Assembly: GCA_938038815.1 (NCBI GenBank)
Contig: CALHTF010000059.1
Coordinates: 15,023-79,022 of the forward strand
Direction of reading: 5' to 3'
Length of the DNA stretch: 64,000 nt
Source: an uncultured Acidimicrobiales bacterium
Lineage (GTDB): Bacteria; Actinomycetota; Acidimicrobiia; Acidimicrobiales; SHLQ01
In this document: positions 27,067-36,795 of the stretch, in pieces
Layout: every line of letters begins with the position of its first letter
Position numbering within the stretch: the stretch's first letter is position 1
Made by a program: the position numbers and the translations under genes
The notes under the pieces: generated by a model
The model's input: only the letters and a program-made list of their open reading frames with translations
Told to the model about the DNA's origin: nothing
The model's database searches: none

Positions 27067-28488
27067 TCATGAGGCGAACCAGTTGGCGTGGAACCCAAAG
27101 GGCATGCGTTGAGGGATCTGTACCCGAGCGATCGGGCCCGCCTCGACGTCGCGTGCGTCGAGCACCACAACTTCGGAGGTTCCGGACTCGTCGTCGTGGG
27201 TTGAGTTGATCAGCCAGCCGTCATCTTCGGCTTGGCCGTTGGGGTCGGGGGCGAACACGTTTTCGCCCACGTGGCCGTGTTCGCCCGAGTACCACTGGGT
27301 TCGGGTGCCGGTGCGTTGGTCGTACTTCACGATGGTGTCGAAGTCGCCCGCTGCGGCGTTGGGTCGGGTGAATCCCGACATGTACAAACAGTCGGCCCGC
27401 ACGCCGGTGTAGTCGTCGTTGATGCGGCAGAACTCACCGTTCATGTCGTCGAAGAACTCGCTGCCGGACTCCCCCGTGTCGAGGTCGACCCAGTAGCGAG
27501 CCGGCTTCGCACCCACGGTGGTGACACCGCTCTCCTTGTCGGAACCTTCGGCTTCGATGCCAAAGTCGACCTTCTCAAACCGACAGCCCGACAGCTCGAC
27601 CCGGTTGCCCTCAACAAAGGCGTTCCAAAAGTGCTGTACATGGGAGGTCGGAACCTCGAACCAGCGGATGTCCTCGGCGTCGCCCAAGCGGGGCATGACG
27701 CCGACCCGCGTCCCGTTTTCGGGCTTCCATTGGATCATCGACTCGCCCGTGGCCATGGCGTTCATATCGAACACGATCGGGCTATCGAGGAATACGGCGT
27801 GCTCTTCGGTGATGAGCATGTCGTGCATCATCACCGGCATCGGCAGGTCGAGGTCGACCTTGCGGATCAGCTTCCCACCGGCATCGACCACGTAATACAC
27901 GAGGTACGGAGCAAAGAAGTTGTAGGCGAAGAAGAACATCTCACCGGTGCGAGGATCGATGCGAGGGTGGGCGGTCATCGCCCCTTGGAGTTCGCCGTCG
28001 AAGTCCCAGTTACCCACGGTGCCGAGGTCGGGAGCTATCTCGGTCGGGAGGCCCTGTTCCCACAGCGCCAGGATCTTGTTGGCGTGGCGAACAATGTGGG
28101 TGTTGGCCGGGTTCTTCACCGGTCCGGCATCGCCGACGAGCGACTCGTCGGGGAAGTTCATGACATCGCTCAACCCGGGGTACACCGCCCGCCCAAGGTC
28201 GACCTCGGCCATCAGCGCCTTCGACTGGATCCACCGGTTGCGATACGACGCCTGGCCGCCGGCGAACTGCACACCATGGAGCATTCCGTCGCCATCGAAC
28301 ATGTGGTACTTCCCGATGGGTTCGAACATGGGGTTCGGTCCGTTGCGCACGAACATGCCGTTGAGGGCCGCGGGAATCTCGCCGATCACCTCACACTGGT
28401 CGACCACGATCTCCGCATCGACGGGGAACATATTGCCCGCCAGGTCGATCTGGTTCTGGGCGTTGGTTACGTGACCGGTGAGCGTCAT
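27067..28488 (-). CDS. Carotenoid cleavage oxygenase family protein 3
   Basis: RNGPNP, HMFDGDGM, TAHPR, MMHDM, QHFWN, GFHANW, EDDGW. Confidence 0.95.
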   Translation of the reverse strand: MTLTGHVTNAQNQIDLAGNMFPVDAEIVVDQCEVIGEIPAALNGMFVRNGPNPMFEPIGKYHMFDGDGMLHGVQFAGGQASYRNRWIQSKALMAEVDLGRAVYPGLSDVMNFPDESLVGDAGPVKNPANTHIVRHANKILALWEQGLPTEIAPDLGTVGNWDFDGELQGAMTAHPRIDPRTGEMFFFAYNFFAPYLVYYVVDAGGKLIRKVDLDLPMPVMMHDMLITEEHAVFLDSPIVFDMNAMATGESMIQWKPENGTRVGVMPRLGDAEDIRWFEVPTSHVQHFWNAFVEGNRVELSGCRFEKVDFGIEAEGSDKESGVTTVGAKPARYWVDLDTGESGSEFFDDMNGEFCRINDDYTGVRADCLYMSGFTRPNAAAGDFDTIVKYDQRTGTRTQWYSGEHGHVGENVFAPDPNGQAEDDGWLINSTHDDESGTSEVVVLDARDVEAGPIARVQIPQRMPFGFHANWFAS

Positions 28489-28571
28489 CGGCGACCTTTC
28501 AGACAGAGCTGCTGAAGTCGAACGTATCCGGTTGCATCCTCGGGGCGATAATTCGTGTCGCAGGCGGCGCC

Positions 28572-29624
28572 TTACTCACAACGACGGACTCGTTCGGCCC
28601 GACAGGTGTCGTCGCCTCGGCCTCCGTCGACCCGGTCGCGACCTGGTCCGCCGTTCAACCGGTCGTCGCCCTTGCCGCCTTTCAGCAGATCTTTGCCAGG
28701 GCCAGCTACGACGCGATCGTCGCCATTGCCGGTGCAAATGATGTCGTCGCCACCGAGACCCCGCACCATGTCGTTGCCTTTGTCGGCGACGATCACGTCA
28801 GGACCAGGGGTACCAACCAGCACATCGTTGCCGACGGTGCCCACCATCGTGGCGTCACGGCCTGCGCAACGAAACACCTCATCGGGTGCATGACGAAGCG
28901 TGAGACGGATCTTTGCGGCGCCACCTTTCGGAATCACCACATCGCCCGATGACGCGCCGAGAAATCCGGCCGAGTCGGTGAACGATGCCTCGCAGGTGGC
29001 ACCCGCAAGATGGGCCTCGGTCCGAACAAGGCTGACCAACATGACATCGCTTGGGCCAAAACCCTCGCGCTTCGGGCTCGTCAGGTTGCGGAGAATTTTG
29101 CCGTCGAAACCCTCGAAACCAAACCGTGCCTCAACCGGCTCCGCACCGTCGCATTGCCATGTGATTAGCGGAAAGGTCACGCCGCTACCGGGGACCTGAC
29201 CAAGAACCTCGAGCTGTAGCTTGCCCGCGTCACCGTCTAGCCTTTCGAGACGAAATTCGACGATGGGATCCAGCCCGTACAACGAGGTGCGATCGAACGG
29301 CGAGGTCAATCGCCAACCATCGGGTGCTGACTCCAGAGTGACGGAGCACATCGAGCGACCGTGAGCGAACCGAAGCATCTCGGTTGCGACCCCGCCGGTG
29401 AAGTCGGCGGGCGTGAACACGATCCTGCGACTTGGACAACTGTCGAGGAACACCAGCTCGTCGAAATCGGGGACTTCGTCGAGCACGACACGAAGGGTTG
29501 GCACACCATCCTGCGCCGCAACTTCGGCCCCGGGAGCAAGGACGGCACCGGCGATCACCGTCGCCAACAGCGCCAACACGAACCGTTTCACCCCAAGTTT
29601 CCCCATAGGACTACCGAACACCAC
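28572..29624 (-). CDS. Secreted protein with C-terminal RTX-type Ca-binding repeats
   Basis: Signal peptide; CAGRDAT..GTPGPDVI, GLGGDDIIC, GGKGDDRL, GGPGRDRV, GGRGDDTC. Start uncertain. Confidence 0.85.
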   Translation of the reverse strand: MVFGSPMGKLGVKRFVLALLATVIAGAVLAPGAEVAAQDGVPTLRVVLDEVPDFDELVFLDSCPSRRIVFTPADFTGGVATEMLRFAHGRSMCSVTLESAPDGWRLTSPFDRTSLYGLDPIVEFRLERLDGDAGKLQLEVLGQVPGSGVTFPLITWQCDGAEPVEARFGFEGFDGKILRNLTSPKREGFGPSDVMLVSLVRTEAHLAGATCEASFTDSAGFLGASSGDVVIPKGGAAKIRLTLRHAPDEVFRCAGRDATMVGTVGNDVLVGTPGPDVIVADKGNDMVRGLGGDDIICTGNGDDRVVAGPGKDLLKGGKGDDRLNGGPGRDRVDGGRGDDTCRAERVRRCE

Positions 29625-29673
29625 GGCCAGCGGGTCGTCAACCGGTCCACTCGGACCGGTAGGTGGCGTTCGG

Positions 29674-30870
29674 CTACCGGAAGACGTCGAGGAAGGCCTT
29701 TTCGCCCTCGGTGTTGAAGGTGTCGGTTATGCCGTTCGGGCAGTCGTAGTCGGGGGGGACAAGGTCGAAGATCTCGCCGTCAGACTTGTCGCGGCACCAT
29801 TGGTAGCGCTGGCCATCGCCGTACAAAATGCCAGCTAGGCCAAGGTCGAGGGCCACCTGAGCGTCGGCGGCAATATCGTCGGCGTTGATCGGATTGGCCG
29901 GTCCGTGCAAGCAACCGTTCCACCGCGGAGCCAGTTGGTAGTAGCGCGACTCGGCCAGAAACACCGGCTTCACGGTGCGCTCGACCACGGGGCGGAGCTT
30001 GGCCTTGAGCGCCCCGGCGTCTTGGCAGTGCCCGGTCTGGACGGCTCCAACGTCGACGAAGTCGCGGTCGAAGAACTGGTCGTAGTTGTCGACGCCGGCG
30101 CCCGTGTGAAAGGCGGTCGGTTGTTCGGCACCCGAGTCGCGAATGCCAGCGTGAAGTTCGCGGGTCACGTTGCGCAGCAGCCGCTGGGTGTCCTTACTTT
30201 CGCACCGTTCCTCAAACGGGAGGTCGCCACCGAGCACCCAGTAGTCGAGCGCTACGTGATCGAAGGCGGCGCCGATGTGCTCACCGTAGGCCCGAGCGTT
30301 CTGTTCGGTCACGCCGGTGGTCTTGCACGAGTTCGCCTTTGCCCACGCCGCCACGAGCCCCACGCCAAGGTTGCGTCGGTCGGCCTCGTCGAGGATGAAC
30401 TGGATTCGCTCGGTGTAGCCGTCGGTCAGGCGTACCATTCCGCCGTCATCGATCGTCGCCAACTGCTCGTCGACATCGGGAATATCCCAGGCGTACAGAT
30501 TGGTGCCACCAAAGGGCAGGGCGAGGAACCAGAACCCGCTAAACCCCGCCTCGTACACGTGATCGAGGTAGGCAATGATCTCGTCGTTGGTCGCCAGGTA
30601 CGCCATCTCCCATGCCGTGTCGTAGGTGGGGATCCTGGTCGGCGGCTGCACCGGGTAGGGGTTGGTGGTCGGCGGAACGGTAGCCAGCGTCGTCGGTGCT
30701 GCCATGGTCGTCGTGGCGGCGGGCGACGTCGTCGGGATGGTCAACTCGGTCGCTGGTGCCGCACCGGTCGGTTGCACCTCGGGTTCCGACGACCCCGATT
30801 CAGCCCCACCGCACGCTACGGCGATCAGCCCAAAGACGGCGAACACCGCCCACAGACGGACGAAACGCAT
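29674..30870 (-). CDS. Lipoprotein with DUF4038/apiosidase-like glycoside hydrolase domain
   Basis: Lipobox AVAC, Thr/Pro linker, WVLGGD, AFH, VQTGH, KPVFLAESRY. Confidence 0.7.
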   Translation of the reverse strand: MRFVRLWAVFAVFGLIAVACGGAESGSSEPEVQPTGAAPATELTIPTTSPAATTTMAAPTTLATVPPTTNPYPVQPPTRIPTYDTAWEMAYLATNDEIIAYLDHVYEAGFSGFWFLALPFGGTNLYAWDIPDVDEQLATIDDGGMVRLTDGYTERIQFILDEADRRNLGVGLVAAWAKANSCKTTGVTEQNARAYGEHIGAAFDHVALDYWVLGGDLPFEERCESKDTQRLLRNVTRELHAGIRDSGAEQPTAFHTGAGVDNYDQFFDRDFVDVGAVQTGHCQDAGALKAKLRPVVERTVKPVFLAESRYYQLAPRWNGCLHGPANPINADDIAADAQVALDLGLAGILYGDGQRYQWCRDKSDGEIFDLVPPDYDCPNGITDTFNTEGEKAFLDVFR

Positions 30871-32180
30871 CAGGCGGTGCAGCCAAGAACCGTGTCGGTC
30901 GATCCTGCACGCTCGTTGATAGCCACAACGCAGTACTCGTCATCGATCGTCGGAACCTTGAATAGGAAACCGTGATCGCTTCCCTTTCCAAACTGATCGA
31001 GGTCGGTTCGGGCCAGGTTGGCCCGACCCTTGGCAACAACCTGATCACCGTTTCGGACCTCGAGCACGATCGCATGGCTTCGGTCGGGATCGATCGCCCA
31101 GCCGCTCAGCACCGTGAGGGTGCCCTTCTTGGCCGACCGGACCTTCTCGAGGCTCCCGAACGGAGAATGGTCGATGGCCACGGTGCGACAATCGAGTGGA
31201 CGGGGGCCGGCGCCATCGAAGTTGTTGGCCTCGATACACACCTCATGCTCGCCATCGGGAAGCTTGAGCTTCATCGCGAAACCGAGCTTGGTTGTGGTGT
31301 TGTCCATGCCGAGGCCGCGGCCGAGATCGGTCTTTGCTACCGCTGGTTTGTGGCGTTTGGCCTTGCGCTTGGCGACCAGCTCGCCGTTCACCGTGATCCG
31401 AACTTTGACCGGCTGGTCGAGATCGGGGTCGTACGCCCAGCCCGATACCCGCAGGCCTTTACTCGTGTCTCGCAGCCCCTCGATTCGACCGACCGGCTGA
31501 CGGTTCCACTCGACCGCACCGGTGAGGTGGGCGTGGATCAGCCCGGCGATTGCCTCGGCGCCGCGGGGTTGGAGATGGATCCCATCGCCCCAGGTGAGGT
31601 CTTTGTCGGCGGCGGTCAGATACGTCCACTCGCCAATCTGCAGGTTGGGATACCGATCGGCGGCGGCCCGAATTTCGGTGTTCACCTGATCCATGCGCGA
31701 TGCGTAACGGCTGGGGGTGAGCCACAACACGTGTTCGACGCCCGACAACAACCCCATCAACCGGTCGAGCTCTCGCCGGAACAAGGTTTGGTTACCCAAA
31801 TAGTTCGTGCCCAGCTCCACAACCACCTTGTCGGTGATGAGGTCAGGGCGGCCCGCCAACATGTCGGCAGCCGGACCAACTCGAAACCCACCAAAGCCCA
31901 AATACTGCACCTTGGTCTCGGGGAACACCGCTTCAATCTGGCGGCGGGCACCCAGAATCACCGAATCATGGATGACCAACAACCGGTCCCCCACCTCAGA
32001 CTTCGGCGCCGGCTCCGGGTCCTGCGCAGCCGCCGGAACAGCGGTCAAAATACTCAGCAGAAGACCAGCCACGACGACCAGAGCTGAGGCGCGCCGCGGC
32101 GGCAACGATCCCGCTGCATGCATGCACCCGCTTGCTCCGAACACTTCGGCCATCCACCTCATGGTTGACCTGTCGGTCAA
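30870..32180 (-). CDS. Secreted SGNH-type hydrolase/acyltransferase domain plus two GWAxDPD repeat modules
   Basis: HDSV (GDS-like), ELGTN, DGIHL; GWAYDPD and GWAIDPD. Stop overlaps the next start. True start probably downstream of 32180. Confidence 0.7.
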   Translation of the reverse strand: MTDRSTMRWMAEVFGASGCMHAAGSLPPRRASALVVVAGLLLSILTAVPAAAQDPEPAPKSEVGDRLLVIHDSVILGARRQIEAVFPETKVQYLGFGGFRVGPAADMLAGRPDLITDKVVVELGTNYLGNQTLFRRELDRLMGLLSGVEHVLWLTPSRYASRMDQVNTEIRAAADRYPNLQIGEWTYLTAADKDLTWGDGIHLQPRGAEAIAGLIHAHLTGAVEWNRQPVGRIEGLRDTSKGLRVSGWAYDPDLDQPVKVRITVNGELVAKRKAKRHKPAVAKTDLGRGLGMDNTTTKLGFAMKLKLPDGEHEVCIEANNFDGAGPRPLDCRTVAIDHSPFGSLEKVRSAKKGTLTVLSGWAIDPDRSHAIVLEVRNGDQVVAKGRANLARTDLDQFGKGSDHGFLFKVPTIDDEYCVVAINERAGSTDTVLGCTA

Positions 32181-32249
32181 ACATCAAAGGCAGGGATAGG
32201 CCATCTGGCCTATCGAGTGGCCCGACCAGCTCAAATGAACGAAACGGCG

Positions 32250-34271
32250 CTAGCGCCCGGTGATGAGCTTTCGTCGATTCTCGACAAAGTCGACCAACAC
32301 AAAGTCACCGATGTCTTGGTTGGTCGTAAAGAACGCCCGGCCACCGTTGAGTTTGGTGATCTTCTCGATGAAGTCGGTGAGGTACGCCGTGGCATCGAGC
32401 ATGAAGGTGTTGATCCGGATGTCGTCGCGGGTACACCGGATGACCTCCTTCATCGTCAGGTCGATGGTCTGAGGCGACGGCGGATAGTTGAAATACGGCG
32501 CACCCGACGGCGTGAGGTGAGCGGTTGGCTCGCCGTCGGTGATCATGATGATCTGTTTGGTACCGCTCTGGCGGGCGAGCATCCGGCGAGCGAGTTGAAA
32601 CCCGTGCTGCATGTTGGTGCCGTAGTCGTAATCCCACGACACCTCGGGGAGTTCCTCGGGCTTGATCTCATGGGCCACCGCCGCGAACGTGACCACCCCC
32701 ATGAAGTCGCGCGGGTACTGCGTGCTGATCAGCGAATGCAGCGCCATGGCGACCTTTTTGGCGGGCAAGAAGTTGTCGCGCATGGGCATCGACAACGAAA
32801 GGTCGAGCATCAGCACCGTCGATGACCGAACCGACTTCTCGGTGCGCTCGACCTCAAAGTCGTCGGGGGTGAGCCGCACCGGGGTGCCGCCTCCGCCACG
32901 GGTGACGGCGTTGCGAACCGTGCGTTCGATGTGCAGGTTGAACGGATCGCCAAACTCATAGGGTTTGGTGTCGTAGGCCCGCTCGTGGCCCACGCCGCTT
33001 TGTTCCATCGTGTGGCGGCCGAGCTTGTCGGTGCTCAGCTTGCGGAACAGGTCGCCCAACGCGTTCTGGCCGATCTTGCGGATCGCTCGGGCCGTGAGTT
33101 CGTACCGGCCTTCCTTGCGCTGGAGGTACCCGGCGTCTTCGAGCATCTTGGAAATCTCGGCCATGCGCTCGAGACTTTCGCCGGCCTCGTCGCCCAACAA
33201 TTCGCGGGCCCGGTCGATATCGACCTCGGCCAGCGCACCCGGGTTGCGGGCGCCCCGCATGACGTTTTCGAGTTGGTCGAGGTCGCCGAGGTCGCGGAAC
33301 ATCTGCGCCGCTTGGGCGAAGTCGAGCGGGTCGGCGCCACCGAAGTCATAGGACTGGTCCCAGCCCATCCCCGGGAACATGCCACGCAGGTTCTCGGCCA
33401 ACTGGTCGGCCTGCCAGCGCAGGTCCATGTCGTCGAGCAACATGTCGCTGAGCTCTTGCATTTGTTGGCGTTGCTCGGGGCTCATCGAGTTGAGCATCTG
33501 TTGCATGGCGGCCATCCGGCGGGCCATGGCCTCGAGCAGTTCTTCGATGTTGCGGGGGTTCTCGGGGAAGAAGTCGCCAAACTCCTCCATAAACCCATCG
33601 AAGTCGGTTTCTTCGCCCCGCTGATGCTTCTCGAGCATGTCGTTGAGCGCCGCCATCATGTCCTTCATGCGAGACATGTCTTGGGGCGACATGTCCGCCA
33701 TGGCGCCGCTCATCTGGTCGACGTAGTTCTGCATCAGCTGCTCGCGCAGCTTCTCGACCAGATCATCGAATTGTTGGCGTGCGGCATCGGAGGTGAAGTC
33801 GTAGTTCTGCAGGCCCTTCATCTGCCCACCGAGATCGGGCGGCATCATGTCGAGTTCGATCTGGCCGTTTTGGGCCTTGCGAGCCGCATCGGCGTCGTCG
33901 GTTACTCCGGCGAGGTCGAGGAGTTCTTGCAGCGCTTCGCGTTCGGTGTCGAGAACCTCACGAAGCTCCTGGGCGATGTCGTCGTAGATCCCGCCCAGAT
34001 TGTGGTTGTCGAGTTGCTCTTGGCGGCGTTTGCGCAGCTCTTCAAGCATCTCGCGCATACCTTGCATGCGTTGGCCTTCGTCGTTTTCAAAGCCGTCTTG
34101 CATCATCCGGCGGATCGCCGCATTGAGGTCGCCGTGGTAGAGCAAGTCGTCGGTCATCTCGCCGAACAGGTCGTCGGCTTTGAGCTCGAACCCAACCTGG
34201 GTGCCGTCCCATTGGGAGTAGGTAAACGCCGACGCGGTTGATGCTCGAGCTTTGCGACGACGTTGTGCCAT
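32250..34271 (-). CDS. VWA-domain protein (Rv0959-like partner of ChlI-type AAA+ ATPase)
   Basis: YSQWDGTQ, long helical region, MIDAS DLSLSM, GTNMQHG, ITDGEPTAH. Confidence 0.9.
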   Translation of the reverse strand: MAQRRRKARASTASAFTYSQWDGTQVGFELKADDLFGEMTDDLLYHGDLNAAIRRMMQDGFENDEGQRMQGMREMLEELRKRRQEQLDNHNLGGIYDDIAQELREVLDTEREALQELLDLAGVTDDADAARKAQNGQIELDMMPPDLGGQMKGLQNYDFTSDAARQQFDDLVEKLREQLMQNYVDQMSGAMADMSPQDMSRMKDMMAALNDMLEKHQRGEETDFDGFMEEFGDFFPENPRNIEELLEAMARRMAAMQQMLNSMSPEQRQQMQELSDMLLDDMDLRWQADQLAENLRGMFPGMGWDQSYDFGGADPLDFAQAAQMFRDLGDLDQLENVMRGARNPGALAEVDIDRARELLGDEAGESLERMAEISKMLEDAGYLQRKEGRYELTARAIRKIGQNALGDLFRKLSTDKLGRHTMEQSGVGHERAYDTKPYEFGDPFNLHIERTVRNAVTRGGGGTPVRLTPDDFEVERTEKSVRSSTVLMLDLSLSMPMRDNFLPAKKVAMALHSLISTQYPRDFMGVVTFAAVAHEIKPEELPEVSWDYDYGTNMQHGFQLARRMLARQSGTKQIIMITDGEPTAHLTPSGAPYFNYPPSPQTIDLTMKEVIRCTRDDIRINTFMLDATAYLTDFIEKITKLNGGRAFFTTNQDIGDFVLVDFVENRRKLITGR

Positions 34272-34302
34272 AGGGCGAATGTAGCCCGGGTAGGCGCCCT
34301 CG

Positions 34303-34572
34303 CTATAGCGGACTGGCCAACACCGGCTCGCGAAGGTCGATCACCAGGTCGTCGTCGGCCACATTGAGCGCCACCGACTCGGCCGATACCCGCTCGACCG
34401 CCACGATGTCGGCGGTGCGGTACGAGGCAACCCGAGTCGACCAACTATCGAGCGACTGGCGACTCGACCCCGAGCAGAAGAACGTGGTGAGCGGACCTTC
34501 TGGCTGGTAGGTGTCGGCGCCCTCGACGGTAACCGTGTCGCCCGTCTTCATCGCTACTTCCCAGTTCCACAT
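34303..34572 (-). CDS. Hypothetical protein (89 aa)
   Basis: GGAGG RBS 8 nt before ATG 34572; VEGADTYQPEGPLTTFF. Confidence 0.7.
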   Translation of the reverse strand: MWNWEVAMKTGDTVTVEGADTYQPEGPLTTFFCSGSSRQSLDSWSTRVASYRTADIVAVERVSAESVALNVADDDLVIDLREPVLASPL

Positions 34573-34699
34573 TGTGTTGTCCTCCAACGGTGTGTGATGG
34601 CCGCAATCGCCGCGGCTCGTTCTTGTCGTTTCATCCAACCACTGGGGTGTGACACACTCGCCGGACACGTTCGCGACATTTGAGAGAAAGAGACGCCCC

Positions 34700-35545
34700 A
34701 TGCCGATTAAGCCCGATGCCGCAGGCCTTGTTGGAGAACCAGGCGAGTTCAGCTGGGACTCGACCGCTTCGTTGCTTTATGCGCTGGGCGTGGGCGCCGG
34801 CGCCTCGGATCCGACCGGGTTCGAGCTGGAGTTCACCACCGAAAACACGATGGACGTCGAGCAAAAGGCGCTCCCCACCATGGGTGTCGTGCTCGGCCAA
34901 GGCGCCGGCAAGAGCCCCGACTTTGGCGACTTCAACCTCGCCATGTTGGTGCACGGCGAACAATCGATCACCCTGCACCAGCCAATCCCGGTTGCGGGTA
35001 CCGCGACCAACACCACCAAGGTCAAAGACGTCTTCGACAAGGGCAAGGCCGCACTGGTGGTACTCGAAAACGAAGTCACGATGGACGGCGCGCCGCTCTG
35101 GACCACCAGCGCCGCACTGTTTATCCGAGGCGAAGGCGGGTGGGGCGGCGACAGCGGGCCGAAGGCGTCGTGGGAGGCACCCGACCGCGACCCCGACCAT
35201 GTGGTCAGCTACCAAACCCGCACCGATCAAGCGCTGCTGTACCGACTCAACGGCGACCGCAACCCGCTGCACGCCGACCCGAAGTTCTCCGAGATGGCCG
35301 GCTTCCCGAAGCCGATCCTGCACGGACTCTGCACCTACGGATTCACCGGTCGGGCGTTGCTTCACGCCATGTGCGGCAGCGACCCGGCTCGGTTCAAGGC
35401 AATGGCCGGCCGGTTCTCCACCCCCGTCATGCCCGGCCAGCAACTCGACGTCAAGATCTGGGACCTCGGCAACGGCGAAGCGGTGTACCAAACCTGCGTC
35501 GACGACACCGTCGTGCTCGACCAGGGCACCCACCAGTACGCCTAG
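34700..35545 (+). CDS. MaoC-family double-hotdog (R)-enoyl-CoA hydratase/dehydratase
   Basis: LYALGVGA, LVHGEQ, hydratase-2 motif YRLNGDRNPLHADP...PILHGLCTYG. Confidence 0.93.
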   Translation: MPIKPDAAGLVGEPGEFSWDSTASLLYALGVGAGASDPTGFELEFTTENTMDVEQKALPTMGVVLGQGAGKSPDFGDFNLAMLVHGEQSITLHQPIPVAGTATNTTKVKDVFDKGKAALVVLENEVTMDGAPLWTTSAALFIRGEGGWGGDSGPKASWEAPDRDPDHVVSYQTRTDQALLYRLNGDRNPLHADPKFSEMAGFPKPILHGLCTYGFTGRALLHAMCGSDPARFKAMAGRFSTPVMPGQQLDVKIWDLGNGEAVYQTCVDDTVVLDQGTHQYA

Positions 35546-35560
35546 TTCGGTCCGGCTGCC

Positions 35561-36751
35561 ATGACCTTCCCCGAGGATTTTTGGTGGGGCACCACCATGT
35601 CGTCGGTCGGGACCGAAGGGGTGCACCGTTCGGCCGACTGGTCGCGTTTTGAGAGCCGAGGCAAGGCCGAGCCGTCAGCCGATGGCAACAACTTCGCCAC
35701 CAACTACCACGAGGACTTTCAGCTCCTCGCCAGCACCGGGTTGCGACACGTTCGACTGACGGTCGAGTGGGCGCGACTCGAGCCGCACCCGGGCGTACAC
35801 GACCCCGACGCCTTCGAGCACTACCAGGCGATGTTCGACGCGGCGGTCGAAGCCGGGCTGAGCCCGTGGGCCACGATGCACAACACGTCGCTTCCGGGAT
35901 GGTTCGCCGAGGACGAAGGTGGGTTTCGCGACCACCGAGCCCGCAATTACTTCTGGCCCCGCCACGTCGACGTGGTGGCCGAACTACTCGACGGACGGGC
36001 GGCCGGCTGGTGCCCGATCGACGACCCGGTCGGCTGGGCGATGCGAGGGTTTCATCTCGGATCTCGACCACCGGCGATAACCGAAAACTCTGAAGCCTTG
36101 ATCGACGCCGTTCACGGCGCCCTCGAAGCAAAGCTGACGGCCTGGAAGCTGCTCAAGGGCGGCGACCAGCCCGTGATGGCGGTGTTCGGTTTGCCGGCGA
36201 TCAAGGCACTGCGCGACGAGGCGCAGGAATACGCCACTCGGTGGACCGACTTCCTCCAAACGTCGTGGGTTCAGGCAATCCAGGAGGGCGAGTTCGCCGT
36301 GCCCGGCAAGCCGTCTCGCGAACACGAAGATTGGGTCGGCGCGTTCGACTACATCGGCATCAACCTCGACCACCCAATCGCCGTCGAGGCCGACAACACC
36401 CTCGGACCGTGGCCCGGGACCCGGGTCGACGCGACCGGTTATGGGCCGCACACCGAGGCCAGCTTTGAGGCGTTCCGGGCAGTCGCCGAACGCCTCAAAG
36501 GCAAACCCCTCGTCATCTCGGCCCACGGCCTCAGCACCGACGACGACCAGTGGCGTACCGACCTCGTTCGCGAAACCGCCGAGCAACTCGTAGGCGTTCT
36601 CGATGATGGAATCGACCTGCGGGGCTACTTCCACGACACCGCCATCGACGGCTACTCCTTCGACTCTGGGTTCGAGCAACCCCGTGGCCTGTTCACCCGC
36701 GACCGCACCCCAAAGCCCAGCTTCGAAGGCCTCGTCGAGGCACTCGGCTAG
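35561..36751 (+). CDS. Glycoside hydrolase family 1 homologue lacking canonical catalytic glutamates
   Basis: FPEDFWWG, YHEDFQLL, EWARLEP, RGYF, RGLF..DRTPKPS; PIDDP and ISAHG replace NEP and ENG. Confidence 0.85.
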   Translation: MTFPEDFWWGTTMSSVGTEGVHRSADWSRFESRGKAEPSADGNNFATNYHEDFQLLASTGLRHVRLTVEWARLEPHPGVHDPDAFEHYQAMFDAAVEAGLSPWATMHNTSLPGWFAEDEGGFRDHRARNYFWPRHVDVVAELLDGRAAGWCPIDDPVGWAMRGFHLGSRPPAITENSEALIDAVHGALEAKLTAWKLLKGGDQPVMAVFGLPAIKALRDEAQEYATRWTDFLQTSWVQAIQEGEFAVPGKPSREHEDWVGAFDYIGINLDHPIAVEADNTLGPWPGTRVDATGYGPHTEASFEAFRAVAERLKGKPLVISAHGLSTDDDQWRTDLVRETAEQLVGVLDDGIDLRGYFHDTAIDGYSFDSGFEQPRGLFTRDRTPKPSFEGLVEALG

Positions 36752-36795
36752 CGGCGCGATTCGCTTTTCGGTGTCGGTCGGCCACTATTAGCTGC

